In this document: one piece after another, positions 1 to 12,951 of the stretch
How the letters are laid out: every line of letters starts with the position of its first letter
Numbering within the stretch: the first letter of the stretch is position 1
NCBI GenBank assembly: GCA_963782525.1
Contig: CAWAKC010000003.1
Span: 399,548-463,547, forward strand
Direction: 5' to 3'
DNA: 64,000 nt
Origin: Candidatus Bathyarchaeota archaeon
GTDB lineage: Archaea > Thermoproteota > Bathyarchaeia > Bathyarchaeales > Bathycorpusculaceae
The notes under the pieces: generated by a model
Told to the model about the DNA's origin: nothing
Databases searched by the model: none
The model's input: the letters and a program-made list of their open reading frames with translations, nothing else
Position numbers and translations under genes: made by a program

Positions 1-75
1 AAACTTTAACTCCACAAATCTTCGATGCACTAAATGTGAGGCTCAAAAGCCTAAATCTGAGATAGAAGAATCTCA

Positions 76-3000
76 ATGGAAGAATTGGATTCCTGCCAAA
101 ATTGTTCAGATAAAGTAATTGGATTGAAGTTAATTGATTTTATCAAAACCAGAATTCAAGTAACAGAGCCTGAAGATAACCGGAGCCGGTTTATATTTCG
201 AGAACTAATCCAGAATGCAGACGATAAGCAAGCAGAAATTCTAGTCCTAAGATTTGAAGAGGACGCATTATATGTAACTAACGACGGTAAAGCATTTACA
301 ACGCATTCGAATGGAGATTTTGATAAAATCTCCAGAATTCTGGGTAGACACCAATCCGAGGATAAAGAAGCTACAGGTCATTTTGGAAGTGGCTTCCAAA
401 CAGTATATGCTATCACAAATAGCCCAGAAGTACATTCAAGTGGTCATAGTCGTAGAATGAACCCCTACACCAATGAATGGGACCAAAATTTTGAGGGTCT
501 TTTTTTTGAGCGTAAATCTCCATACATTATTAAACCCGATAAAAAAGGTGTTCTTTTCAGATTTCCGTGGAGAGATAACAAAGCAGCTCAAGAAACAATA
601 CGCGGCGAAAATGTTTGGGAGGATAGCACCTACTGGCCAAGATGGCAGAAAAAAGAAAGAAAAGAATTGTTTGAAGATTTAAAAAGCTACATACTGCATG
701 CAATAATTTGTTGCCGATTTCTAAAAACGATTCGACTAATTTGGCATCAACAAAACCTAAGTTGTCAAGATTTCTATCTTGGTTTTCAAGTTGTGCGAAA
801 TTTTCAATTAAACGGAAATGAAGCTACAAACCGCACAAGGTACAACATCGGGACAATAGATCGAGGAGAAATCGACCCTTACGAGTGGACTAAAGAAAAT
901 AGTTGGAACGATAGCTTCCAGCTCGAAAAGTGGCGTTGGAAAGAACCAATTCAAGTATTTAAGTACCTAATAGGCGAAAATACGGTTAGTGAAAACGGCA
1001 AAAAGATATTCTTAGTTAAGAAACCAGACCACATAATCACTGTTACACCAACTTATTATCCTGAAGACAAAATCCTCAAGAGAGGAGATATTTTTGTTCT
1101 ATTTCCTCTATTTGAGCACAACCTTGAATCAGTTACTGACAAGGGGGCTTTTTTGTATAGTGTGATCCCCCTGCCAACACGAGGAAAAAACAAATTCATT
1201 TTCTCAGGACACTTTCAACCATCTGAAGATAGAAAAGATGTTGATGTCGATGGACAAAATGGAGTCTATGGAATTTGGTATCAACATGTTATGAATAGCA
1301 TTCTAAGATTATATGCAGATCTATTCACAATACTATTAGAACAAATACAGTCAGGTAAAATAAAACTTGAAAATAGTCAACAAATAATCTTTAACGCTGT
1401 CCCTGGCGATAGCCTTTCAGAGTGGATGCGCCCTGGAAAGGAAAACCGCAATGAATGGACTCTTAAAAGTAAAGCACTATTCAATGAGCTCTTGACTTCT
1501 ATAGTTGAAAAGCCTATACTTTATTCAAACGGAAAATGGATCAAACCTTCAGATGCGTATTGGGCAAATGACGATTTAGAAAAGAAAGTATTTGAAATCA
1601 TGGGTCATGAAGTTTATACAAAACAATTTACCGAGCATCCTAACTTCAAAAACATATTAGCAGAACGCTTAGAAAAGCAAAAAATAGATAACGCAAAATT
1701 TAATTTCATATGGGGGCAATTTTTTGAACATAATAAGAATCAAAGCGGCTTTCTTTGCTATGGACAAAGGCTCCAAAATAGAAAATTGCTTGACAGAGAA
1801 ACAATAGAAATACTTATCAAGTTTTGTCTTTACGAACAAAAACCAATAGAAATACAAAATAAAATGATTATTCCAGGAAGAGATGGTGTTCTAAGACGGA
1901 TTAGAGATTACCCTTTGTTAAAACCGAACTTTCAATTCCTTTTCGAAATTTTACCTGATTCAGATTCAATACATGATGACTTTAGGACTTCCCAACTAAT
2001 TGAAAAGCATAAGGAACTACTCGTTGATTACCGAAACGAAGATCAGGTAATTTATCTGTTGGATAGCTTGTTCAGGGCTTCAAAAGCTGACATTCAAAAT
2101 ATTTCTGCAACTCAGCATAAGGCTTTATCAAAATTTTTAAGAACTTTAGTGGACTCGCCTGAATGGGGACCCAAAGAAAGCCTAAAAGACCGTAGATTCA
2201 TACCCTACAAGCAAGGAGATAATGTTAATGTTGGAACTCTCAATGTTGAAGAGACGGTTTCAGGATCGCATTGGATTTCTGGTGAAAAAATTGAGCGAAA
2301 TTATGAAAGATCTTCAATCTATGGAATGCAATTAAACCCAGTGCCAGCGCCCTCACATCTGAGGTAGAGTCAAAAATAAAATTTCTTTGGTTAGTTGAAT
2401 GCGGGAAAGAAGAGGTTGCAAAAATCGAAAATAAACTGAGTTTTATTAAACTAATGGCGGTAAAGGATAATCCATCAAACTTTGTTAGACACTTTTTATC
2501 AACTCAGCATGGATCTTTATTTGAAGATCAAATCCTCAGCAATTTTACTGGGCTGAAAGACTCTGTTCAACTCAATCTACAAAAAAAGCAGTTTCTAAAA
2601 GCTTTGAGAATTTATTATAAATCTGAAAAAGAAGGAGAACGTTATTTGACAAGGGAAGACATGTCTAAAGTCCCTTGTTTTTATGATGAAACTGAAAAAT
2701 GGCATCCCGCGGGAAAATTCGTTTTACATCTAAAGCCTGAACTAGGTATTTTTGGAATCAAATCTCTGCACGCTGATTTCAATGATTGGCCGGAAAAGAC
2801 GCTTTTGGCAATCGGAGTTGAGGAATCACTCAAATGCTCCATAATAATTGAAACAATTAAGGCATTTGCAAAAGAAAAAGAACTGCACAGAAAAGAATTG
2901 CAGGAGATACTTTCGTGGCTAATAACGTCAAATGTCGGTATCGGAACTGAATTCAGAGGAGATATTGAATTTTCTGAACAGTTGTGGGTACCTACAACTG

Positions 3001-5165
3001 ATGGAGAATTCAAAAATCCTAAAGCAGTTTTAATACCGACAACTGAAAATAAATTAATACTAGGCGAAGACTTTGAAGGTTTTTTGGATCTATCCTTAAG
3101 CAAAACCATTATAGAAAACAAAGAATATTTTGACGAAAAAGCTAAAAAGCAAATAGATTCACTAACAATAAGATCAACGCCCTCTTTAGAAATCATGCTA
3201 ACAGTCTTAAAGAAAAAGCGAGAACAGAATAAAACTCCTCCCCCGAACCTTTTTGAAGCTCTTGATAAAGAAATAAGAGCCGATGCAGAAAAGAGCAAAA
3301 GAATAATGATGAATGATAGGTATGGCTATTTTTATGATAGTGAATGGATTGATTCATGGAATATCAAAATTATGGATCCAGCAAGCATCCCGAAAGAGCT
3401 GCAGGGAATAATAAAGATAATACCTCCAAGTAGTCCGCATGAAGAATATTTACTTGCAGATGGTGCTAGGACACAACTCTCTCCAAATGATATTATGAAA
3501 CCAATGGCATCAAAAAAAATTGAAGCTTCATTAAAGCTTTGGGACCTATTGCGGGAGTTAGAAAGTCAAATTGATTTAGATGACATCGAAAACTTTGGAA
3601 AACTAAGCATCTACCCAATTAATGACGAACTGTTTTCCCCATCGAAAATAGTTTATGAAGAAAAATCAGGATTTATTGGGGAAGGACCCATAGGCAATTG
3701 GTACATACTTGGACCTGATTTAGCATCAAGACACAAAAGTATTCTTGGAAAATTAGGTGCAAAGAGTGCTGTAAATCTTACTTTTTTAGACATTTTTGAG
3801 TTACTTAAAAGCCAGAAAAAAATGAAAACTAAACTTGACCCAGTTACCGTTTCTAAGGTTTTGCGATTAATAAAAAAGTTAAGTGAAATTAACTTCGGGA
3901 ACTTTCCTAGTGAACTGCTCTGGCCAGCAGAGTGTAATGGAGAATTTGTTTGGAAAACACCACAAGAATGCTATTTCAGAGATGCAATTTCAATTCCAGA
4001 GGAATTCAAACACAAACTTAATTTCATTACACTTAAAATTGATCAAAAAGTTGACGGTCAATTAAAGAACTACGCTGTTAAAAGTGGGACAAAATCTTTC
4101 AAAGAATCACTAACTAAGCTTGGGAAGATTGAGTATTTTGGCGATGGTGCGGATGAAACTAGCCCTCGATTTTACAACATTTTATCAAAGGCTTTAAGCC
4201 AACATTTCAATTCAGTAAAATATGCTAATAAATTCAATTGGCTTACTGATGCTGAAGCTCGAATTTCAGAGACAATAAAGGTGTCTTACACAATCGACGG
4301 CATTAGCGCCAATATTAATAAGGCTGCTTTAGTTGAATTTCGAAACTCGTACTGGACCGTATCTATTGCAAGTCTGGAACCAAAAGGGTTCGTTTTAGAA
4401 CAATTATCTGAAGAAATAGCTGATACTTGCTTAATGCAAGGATTCCCGGAATCAAACTTGGAAGAATTGCGGAATATTCTATACAAATTGCTAACCAACG
4501 AGATAAACGAGTGGAAATACTCTATTCCTGATTTTGAACCGACAGCTGAAGAGGAAATAATGGTTAATCCTGTTGTAAATTCGTCCAAAAGAAAAGGAAT
4601 AATCATTGGTTCAGGTTTCAATCAACCCGAAGACATTGTTGAATTAACCGAAGTATTCCGAGAAAACAATTACGAAACGAATGCAGCAGGATATATTCCG
4701 ACAAAGGGTCAGCTCACTAACTGGTATAATTGTTGTCAAATTTGTGGTAATCAAACTCCAGGCGATGAGTCTGGATATAACACTTATGAAACATTAAAAC
4801 GAGTTATTACCAACAGAGGCGGCAGATATCAAGGTGAGAATCAAGGTTATGATGTCAATAACAGCTTACTTTTATGCCCCACCCATCAAGTATTATGGAT
4901 AAGAACATTAGTTAGGTTCCCTGAAATAGACAACCCACCGTCTGATCTTAAAGAAAAAATAATGCAAAAAATTAAAGAGGAAATAGAAGATACAGAATCA
5001 ATATCATATCCGTGCGAGGTATTTGAAGGAGAGAGAGACCCAAAAACAGGAAAATCCCGTAGCAAATGGGTTAGAAGGGATATTACTTTCAAACCTGAAC
5101 ATTATAGAGGTTTCTTAAAAACCCTGCTTGATTATTTAGAAACAAGAGAAACCTATAGGACTTGA
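76..5165 (+). CDS. Sacsin-like GHKL (HATPase) protein with C-terminal HNH-like zinc-binding nuclease; split by indels near 2350-2450 into ORFs 76..2367 and 2454..5165
   Basis: Sacsin N-terminal motifs FRELIQNADD, NDGKAFT, TGHFGSGFQTVYAITNSPEVHS, GVLFRFPWR and FIFSGHFQPSEDRK. C-terminal CQICG...N..LLLCPTHQ. Coding-like sequence continues across the break. Confidence 0.75.
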
Positions 5166-8100
5166 TGCTATTGTTAGACAAAAGATCTAATTGGGCAGCC
5201 ATAAAATGTCTGTATGAATACGAATCATCTAAACTCTCAAAACCAGGATCCTACAGACGGGACATAAACGAAGTTCTCTGGACCAAAGGTGATATATTCT
5301 CAACTTTGCCAGAAATTACCGAGAAAGAACTTGATAAGATAATTTCTGAGATGATAGAAAAGAAAGAATTAATGAAGATACAAATTCCTGGTAATGAAGA
5401 CAAATATGTTTCTCGAGTAGCAGAAACGGTTCGACTATTAGGTCACAATTATGAGTATTGGGCGCGAGGTAGACAAGGAATCGATTCTATTCGGTGGCTG
5501 ATCGAAGAGAAAAAAATTCCCGACAGGAAAATCCCTGCCCAAGAATTCATCAATCAACTTACCTCAGCAGTATTTTCAGAAATTCAACTAAATAATTCAA
5601 CCATTAATTTGCGTAACGCCATAAAAATAGTGGTTCAGGGCATCGCAGAATACTTTGTTTCTTCCGATTGGACTAAAGCTAAATTTTCTGACTTCCAATT
5701 GCAAGCTGCTACAGAAATGATCTTAGCACAATTCAGCCAAAAATTCAAGCCAAAATCTCAAGTACTAATTGCAGGAGTCGGCTCAGGCAAAACCGTAGCA
5801 TTTAGCATTGCTATGTTGGTTTCTGCAGTTGAAGGGATTCTGACAGGAGAAAAGGCAAGAAGAAGCCATTTGTTCCTTTATCCTCGAACAGCATTAGCGA
5901 AAGATCAATACAAAACACTCAGTAAAATTGTAGAAAAAATAGGTCTTCAAGAGCTGTCAGTCCATTTTGAACATCACAGTTACTATGATTCGATAAATAA
6001 GTCAGCAAAGGATGGAATAGCTTACGTTTATGATAAACCTGGTTGCTCTCCGTCAATCATTATAACTACATTTGAAACGCTGAACAGGAGATTACGGAAC
6101 CCCCTTGTAATACGAAAATTAAGCGAATATCTTCACCGAGTGATAGTTGATGAAATACACTTAGTGGAAGGCATTCCAGGTTGCCAAATCATAAAGATGA
6201 TGGACCGATTGCAAAATTGTTGCAATCAACAAATTCTTTGGACCGGATCATCAGCTACAGTGGCTAGCCCAGATGTACAAGCAGCCACCATTTTTAACAT
6301 CCCCCGAGATAACTTGAAAATAATAGAGCCAACATTAGATCAGCTCAAAACAGTTGGGCTGGTTCACCACGTGTTCATGAGACCAACTGGAACATTGTCA
6401 AGTTTAGGTACACTAGTAAACTCAACAAGCATACTGGTTCACAATCGCCGAGATAGTCTTCACGAGAGACAGGAGAATTATCCTAAAACGATAGGATTTG
6501 CTGATAATTTAGATATTTTAGGTAGATGGAATTCCGATCTAAGGGAAAACGAAAGAACTGAACAAGATAGAAACAGAAAGCACCCTGAAAATTCTGATCC
6601 TGAAAATTGGTCTTACGATCGACAAAGAGACGTTCCTTACGCACTTCGGTTTTATAATCCCCTTCAAAGACGAATTTTTGCAGGAAAAAAATCGAGTGAC
6701 TTCGAGGAAGTATCAAGTTTATTGACAGAAGAAAATAAGGAAATTTGTGAAAAATGCAAAAATGGACAAAGAATAAACTTAGGTACTGTAACTCAAGAAG
6801 ACCTCAAGAAACTTGCCAAGGTAATTTACCGAGAACCATTGAAAGCAAAAGACAAAGCAAAACTATTACTAGATAACAAGAAGATTTTTGAAGCTGAGTC
6901 TTTGGAGATTGGAACCCTCGACCTTTGCCCCTACCTTCGAGCTGGTGCATGCTTCTGGTTCGCTAAAGATGATCTTCTAACTCAAAAAATCTCTCAAGAT
7001 GGTCCGCTCGTATATGAATGGAGGTCAGTCGCTCGATCAAGGATTCAATCATCAAAAACAAACAAGGATACCCAGTTTGAAGAGGATCTGAGTGAAATTG
7101 TATTTACTTCAACATTAACGGAAGTCTACGATCTATATAGCGATAAAAACAAGAAAAATACTGACAAAAAGATTCCAATCGACATAGTGCTCGCATCTCC
7201 AAGTTTGGAGGTTGGAGTGGACCTTCAAAATGTAACTGAGAGCATTATGTACAAAGCCATAAGAAATGTAGCTTCATACAGGCAAAAAGTAGGACGAATC
7301 GGTCGAGAAGAAGGCTCAAATGCCTTGAATGCAACGCTAATATCATTCAGACCCATAGATCTTCATTATTACCGTCAACCTAGAAAAATAATCAGTCAAG
7401 CTCATCTAGATCCGATTCCTCTAAAGGAGCACAATAGTTCGATACTAAGTTGTGCTTTGTATCTAGGAACTTGGGATTATCTCGCCCTAAAAACAGACCT
7501 CCCTGAAGTAGTTCCAAAACAAATTTCAAATGGAACTACAATTTTTACAGAGAGAATTAAAGCTTCTTATGAATATCTGACTGCGCAGAAACAAGAAATA
7601 GCTGTACATTTATCTCGTGTGTCTAGGCATAAAATAACTCCAAGCGACAAGATCATAACTGAGATCATAGGACAAGTCAAAGATGAACTAGGCATTTTCT
7701 TAACAAAAACCTCTGGAACTATTGAAGACAATAGATTATCTTGCATTTCAGATATGATTGTACATTTCTTAAACCCTTACTCATCAAGAGTGAACCCACC
7801 AAAACCTTCAGATATGAAATGGGTAAAGATTGGCGCTCAGAGCTACGAAGATTTAAGACCTCACGTTAATTCAATACCAATAGGGCTTTCAGAAGAATTC
7901 GAAAGATTAGACCTTTTTGCTTCTTGTGGCTGGGTCCTTCTCGAAGAAATAAAAAACATTAGAGAAAAGATAGAAAACAAGATCAAAGAACTCGATTTAA
8001 ATGGACAATTTAGAGACGAGAGCCGAATTCTTTCAAAGGTCAGTTTAGCTTTGAAAGATATAGAAGCCGGTCTTGAAGATATGAGAAAAACTGGCGCTGA

Positions 8101-10990
8101 CCCAATTGTCGTTTATTTCTATGAGCAATTTGATAAATTTAAGAAAGATCATCCCGCCTCGCCGTATTATCTTTCATATACACTTCAAGATATGCCTATT
8201 TTTAAATTGAATAAGAAAAACCCAGCTTATACTACCCCTCAGACTTTATTTATCAACCCTTATGAACCTGAAGTAGCACTTTTCAGACAAAAAGAGTTAC
8301 TCGAAACGGTTTCAGTCCATGAAGCTCTCTTCAGTCTTGTCCCTGAAACTTGGACATTTAGACGTGGAAGAAAACCAAATAAAACTCTTGTAGGAAGGCT
8401 AGATTCGCATGACGGCGTACTTTATGCTAAAATGAAAGAAATTAAAGCACAAGGCAATGAATTCAAAAAGATTAGAGAAAATGTTCCGGCTCCACCAGGA
8501 TTTCCAGCTGATAACCTTGTACTCTATATGCCTAAAAAACTCACACTTTCACAACCATCTGGAAAACATGTTTTCATGAACCTTAGTAAGCAAACCGTCA
8601 TCGACAGCGATGAAGATGTCTCATACGGAAAAGGTGATGCCCAGTTTGAGGACACCAACAATGAAGAGAACTACAGCGAAGAATCGGTTATAGGTCAGAA
8701 TAGATCAAAAATACCTGTTAGCTCCCTCGAGCGTTGGGTGCATGTTGTATCAGATACAGGGATCCCAATAAACATTAACAACACAAACGAGCAATGCATG
8801 GTAATTGAGACATTAGAACCAAAAAGAGGAATAGCTGCAATTGAGTCGATTCGACACCCCATCCTAGAAGGAATTCTTAATTGCGTTAAATGGCATGAAA
8901 AACTGGACGTTTTTGACTACGTTTGTTCAGTTTCAAGATCCTACAATAACAAAGTTGCAGGAAACGTCACACTACTATATTTAGACGATGACGGGCGAAA
9001 CGTAGCCTTTGGTCGATGTTTTCGGACAGAAGGCGTTTCTATCGAGCTAAACTCAAAATCAGTGGAACAAATCACCCAAAAAGTTAAAAATGAAATACTA
9101 AATTTCGACAACAAATGGGCACCGACAATTATAAAAATTTTTCAAGGAATGTTGAGCTCCATTAAACTTCAAAATGGTCAAGCTATCAGTCCATTCATGA
9201 TAAAAGACCTAATAGCCGTAATGATATCATCCTCAACCTCTATTGATACGCGGACAATTATTAAATTTCCCCAAACTCTCAGAACTCTTATTGATGAAGA
9301 ACGTTTCAAGGAAGCGGCTCAAGCATATTATCAAAATGCATATTTAATTGGTTCTGATGATAAAGAAAAAACAAAAAAAGCCCTATCAGAGCGAGACCAA
9401 CGAGATATTAGTGGGCTGGTCACTAAACTCTTTGATTTCGCAGTTTCTATAGTGGATTTGATACCCAACATAGAAGAACCTCTAGTGAACTTGATAACTG
9501 CCACGCTACTAAACACCTTCGGCATATCCTGCTTATCGGCGCTTCAACAACTTTGTGGAAGCGAAGAACAAGATATAGGCTACTCAATAGATATGGAAGG
9601 CATCCAAAAAGGGCAATACCGTGTTTTTCTCTACGACCGAACAGAACACGGAAACGGAAGCAGCGAAACAATACGCAAGTATCTTCACATTCTTAATATC
9701 CAAAGACATAATCTTAACAATGAATCAAAACTCTTGCCAACAGAAGATTTCTTTACACTATTAGAACAGGAATTGCTGCAATGCCCTCAATTTCATGCTG
9801 ACATAGATGCTTTGGAAAAATTTGAACAAGTACAAAACCATAAAATAGCAACAGGTATTCCCGAATTAGCCTACATTAGTGAACACTCAGATGAAATTTT
9901 ACAAGTATGCAAAGAAACATGGAAAAAACTTGGAATAAGAGGAAGAGAAGATGCATGGATGCTACCTCTGGTGGCGATGGCGCCTGCAAGTTTTGCGGTT
10001 GCAAAAGGAATAGAAATTGATGATATTGTTCGGGCAACATCAATTTGTTGGGGTGGTTGCCCAGAATGCGTAATAAATACTAGTGCAATCATCGGGTTTT
10101 TGGGCACGGCATTTGTTGATAAAACTCTTCTCGATGAATGGTTTAAACTAGTTGAACAAATATTGAAGAGTATAAAACCCTATCAGCAAAAGATATTGCC
10201 AACGGAACAAAACGCATTGACATTGGACGACAAACAAGAGTCTGCATAGAATTACCCACAAGAAAAATACGGTCAAGCTCACTTCCATTCACAATAGGCT
10301 TCGAAGTAGACAGAGAAATAAAATCCGATCACGCTAACATTTTAGTCCGAGATAGTGACATAGCGGGTTTGGCTGTTTTTGAAAAGAAATTTGATGGCTG
10401 CTCTCACGGCCTTGAGTTATTAGGATCCATAAGAATAATGTGGTATAACCTAATCATGTCAGCTTATCTTGACATGCTCAATGTGCTAAAAAATGAACAA
10501 AAAGAAATCTTGCTGGTTTTTTACGATATTCGTGACGTTTCATTCGATGATGTCGGAATGTCGCCCATGATGCTTAGACGCTATAGATTATTATCATAAG
10601 AAATCAGGTTTGCCTGGTTTACTTCGAACACTATCAGACATCTTAACATGGTCTGCCCAACCAGGTTTTGCCATATCTCTGTGCGTAGATGAAAATCAAG
10701 CCAAAGACGAAAACATTGAAGCTTTTCTAGAAAAACTTGCTGCAAAGAAGCTATCTAACATAAAGTTAGGACTTAAAGGCTTGCAAGGCACGATGCATAA
10801 AAAAGCTCTAGTTTGCCCTACAGGTGCAATTTACGGATCAGCAAACTTGACATTTTCCGGAACACAGCATAGCGAAGAAATGCTAAGTTACGCATCCTCA
10901 GGAACAGACGAATACAATCAAATTAAACTTAATGTAAAAGACACGTTTCACGGGATCAAAGAATTTACCACAAAGAAAAAATCCCCATAG
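5162..10990 (+). CDS. Giant DEAD/DEAH SF2 helicase with DUF1998-like Cys cluster, apparently fused to a C-terminal PLD-like nuclease domain (DpdJ/DpdK- or DrmB/DrmC-like); frameshifts near 10150 and 10570-10610
   Basis: Motifs AGVGSGKT, LYPRTALAKDQ, VIVDEIH, SSAT, SPSLEVGVD, SYRQKVGRIGR and C...CWGGCPEC. The frame of ORF 10369 is open back to ~10150. PLD-like HKKALVCPTGAIYGSANLTFSG in ORF 10610..10990. Start overlaps the upstream stop. Confidence 0.75.
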
Positions 10991-11219
10991 TTTTCATCTT
11001 GTCAAATTACTGATTGAAAGTATCGGAAAAAAGGAAACGGAGTTTACCCGCGGCAAGAAGTGATGCTGACAATTTACCGCGCACATGAGAGCCTCCGTTA
11101 CAGTCAAACAACCAAAGATAATGTTTAGAGGTCCGAAGAATAGCAAATCATACTAACAAACGCACATACAGTCCAAACACCCTGCACATAAAAAACAAAT
11201 GAAAAAACCCAATTAACTT

Positions 11220-11621
11220 TTAAAACCCGAATCTCGCAGGGCTTTCTGGAATTTGCTTACTACTGTTTCAATATCGGTTAATTCATGTTCCCAGAAACGC
11301 AAAACTGTCCAACCTTGAGCTTTGAGTTTTTCCGTCTTCTGTTTGTTCCTTTCCTTGTTTTTGCAAGTTTGGGGTTCCAGTAAGCTTCATTTGTGTTTAT
11401 TTTGTGTGAATGTATTGGGCAGCCGTGCCAAAAGCAACCATCAACAAATACTCCTATTTTTTTGATCAGGAAAAGCAATGTCGATTTTACTCATACCATA
11501 GTTTGTTTCAAAATTTAGCCCTTTCGCCAGTAGCGCATCCCTAACAATAAGTTCAGGTTTGGTGTCTTTTGAGTGGATTGCAGCCATTACTTTGATGTTT
11601 TCTGCTTGAAAGATTATCCAT
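11220..11621 (-). CDS. vsr: Very short patch repair endonuclease (frameshifted)
   Basis: Reconstructed MAAIHSKDTKPEL...IDIAF...VFVDGCFWHGCP...YWNPKL...GWTVLRFWEHE. Confidence 0.9.
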
Positions 11622-11739
11622 ACAAATCTCGTAATAATAACATTATTCAGGGTATTAGTTCTATCTCATAAGAAGTTGAATTTACGTCCAATCATTAGTT
11701 AGCAAATTATATCTACTACATAGACCCTTTAATTAGGGC

Positions 11740-12951
11740 ATGCAAGCTGCCAGCCAACCCCCTGTATATATTGATCTCTTTGCTGGTTGCGGAGGAATCT
11801 CGCTTGGCTTATGCAATGCAGGCTGGCGAGGACTTTTTGCAATAGAAAAAAGCCCTTTAGCTTTCACCACATTAAAGCACAACTTGATTGACAAAGAAAA
11901 TCATTTCGATTCGGCCTTTCATGGCTTCCCGTGACACATCATGATATTACCAAGTTTTTAAGTACATATGAGAATGAGCTTGAGAATTTACGGGGTTCAG
12001 TAGACCTTGTGGTAGGTGGTCCACCGTGCCAAGGTTTTTCTTTCGCAGGAAGGAGAAATGAAAAAGATAAAAGAAACAAACTTGCAGCCTCATACGTGAA
12101 ATTTGTTAAAATAGTAAAACCAAAAATAGTATTTTTTGAAAATGTTAAAGGTTTTACCGTTGGCTTCAAAAGAAGTAATGGGCGAGGGAAGGCATATTCT
12201 ACCTATGTTGAAGAAAAGCTCCAAGAGTTAGGTTATCATGTCTCAGGCGATATTGTTGATTTTTCCAAGTTCGGCATTCCCCAGAGAAGAAAGAGGTTTA
12301 TACTCGTAGGAATGCTCGATAAAGAATCAAAGGTGTATTTTAGAAAAATTCAAGAAATTAAAAATGTTTTTCTTAAAAACAAAGGATTAAATGAGGAAGT
12401 AACACTTTATGAAGCGCTTTCTGACCTGAGAGCGCAAACATGGGGAAAGACCTTCAATTGAGAGTTCAAGATTCTGCGAAGGGAATTATGGCAACGCTGA
12501 TTTTCCTTACCAGAGGTGGATGCGATACCGGATCAAGAAAAGAATTCCTGATAGTCACAGGTTTGCTAGGCACAACAAGAAAATTGTTGAAAGGTGGGTG
12601 GATGTTCTTAAGAATTGCCCCAAAGATGTCCCACTATCGCAAGAGTGGAAAGATAAATTTAATCTAAAAAAGAAAAGTATCACTCCGCTTGAATGCAAAT
12701 CAAATTGCCCTACTCTGACAACTCTACCTGATGACTACATTCACTATTCTGAGCCAAGAATCTTGACAGTCAGAGAATTTGCGAGAATTCAATCTTTTCC
12801 TGATTGGTATGAATTTAAGGGTAAATATACTACAGGTGGTAGTCGGAGGAAAAGTGGGGTCCCAGATACACCCAGTTTCGCGATGCAGTTCCTTTGTTCG
12901 CTGAGTTGTCAGGAGAATTCAGGGCGATCGTCTAATGGACGAGCAACTTAA
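11740..12951 (+). CDS. dcm: DNA (cytosine-5)-methyltransferase (frameshifted; ORFs 11740, 11931, 12520)
   Basis: DLFAGCGG, GGPPCQGFS, FENVKG, GIPQRRKR, RILTVREFARIQSFPDWY. Confidence 0.92.
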
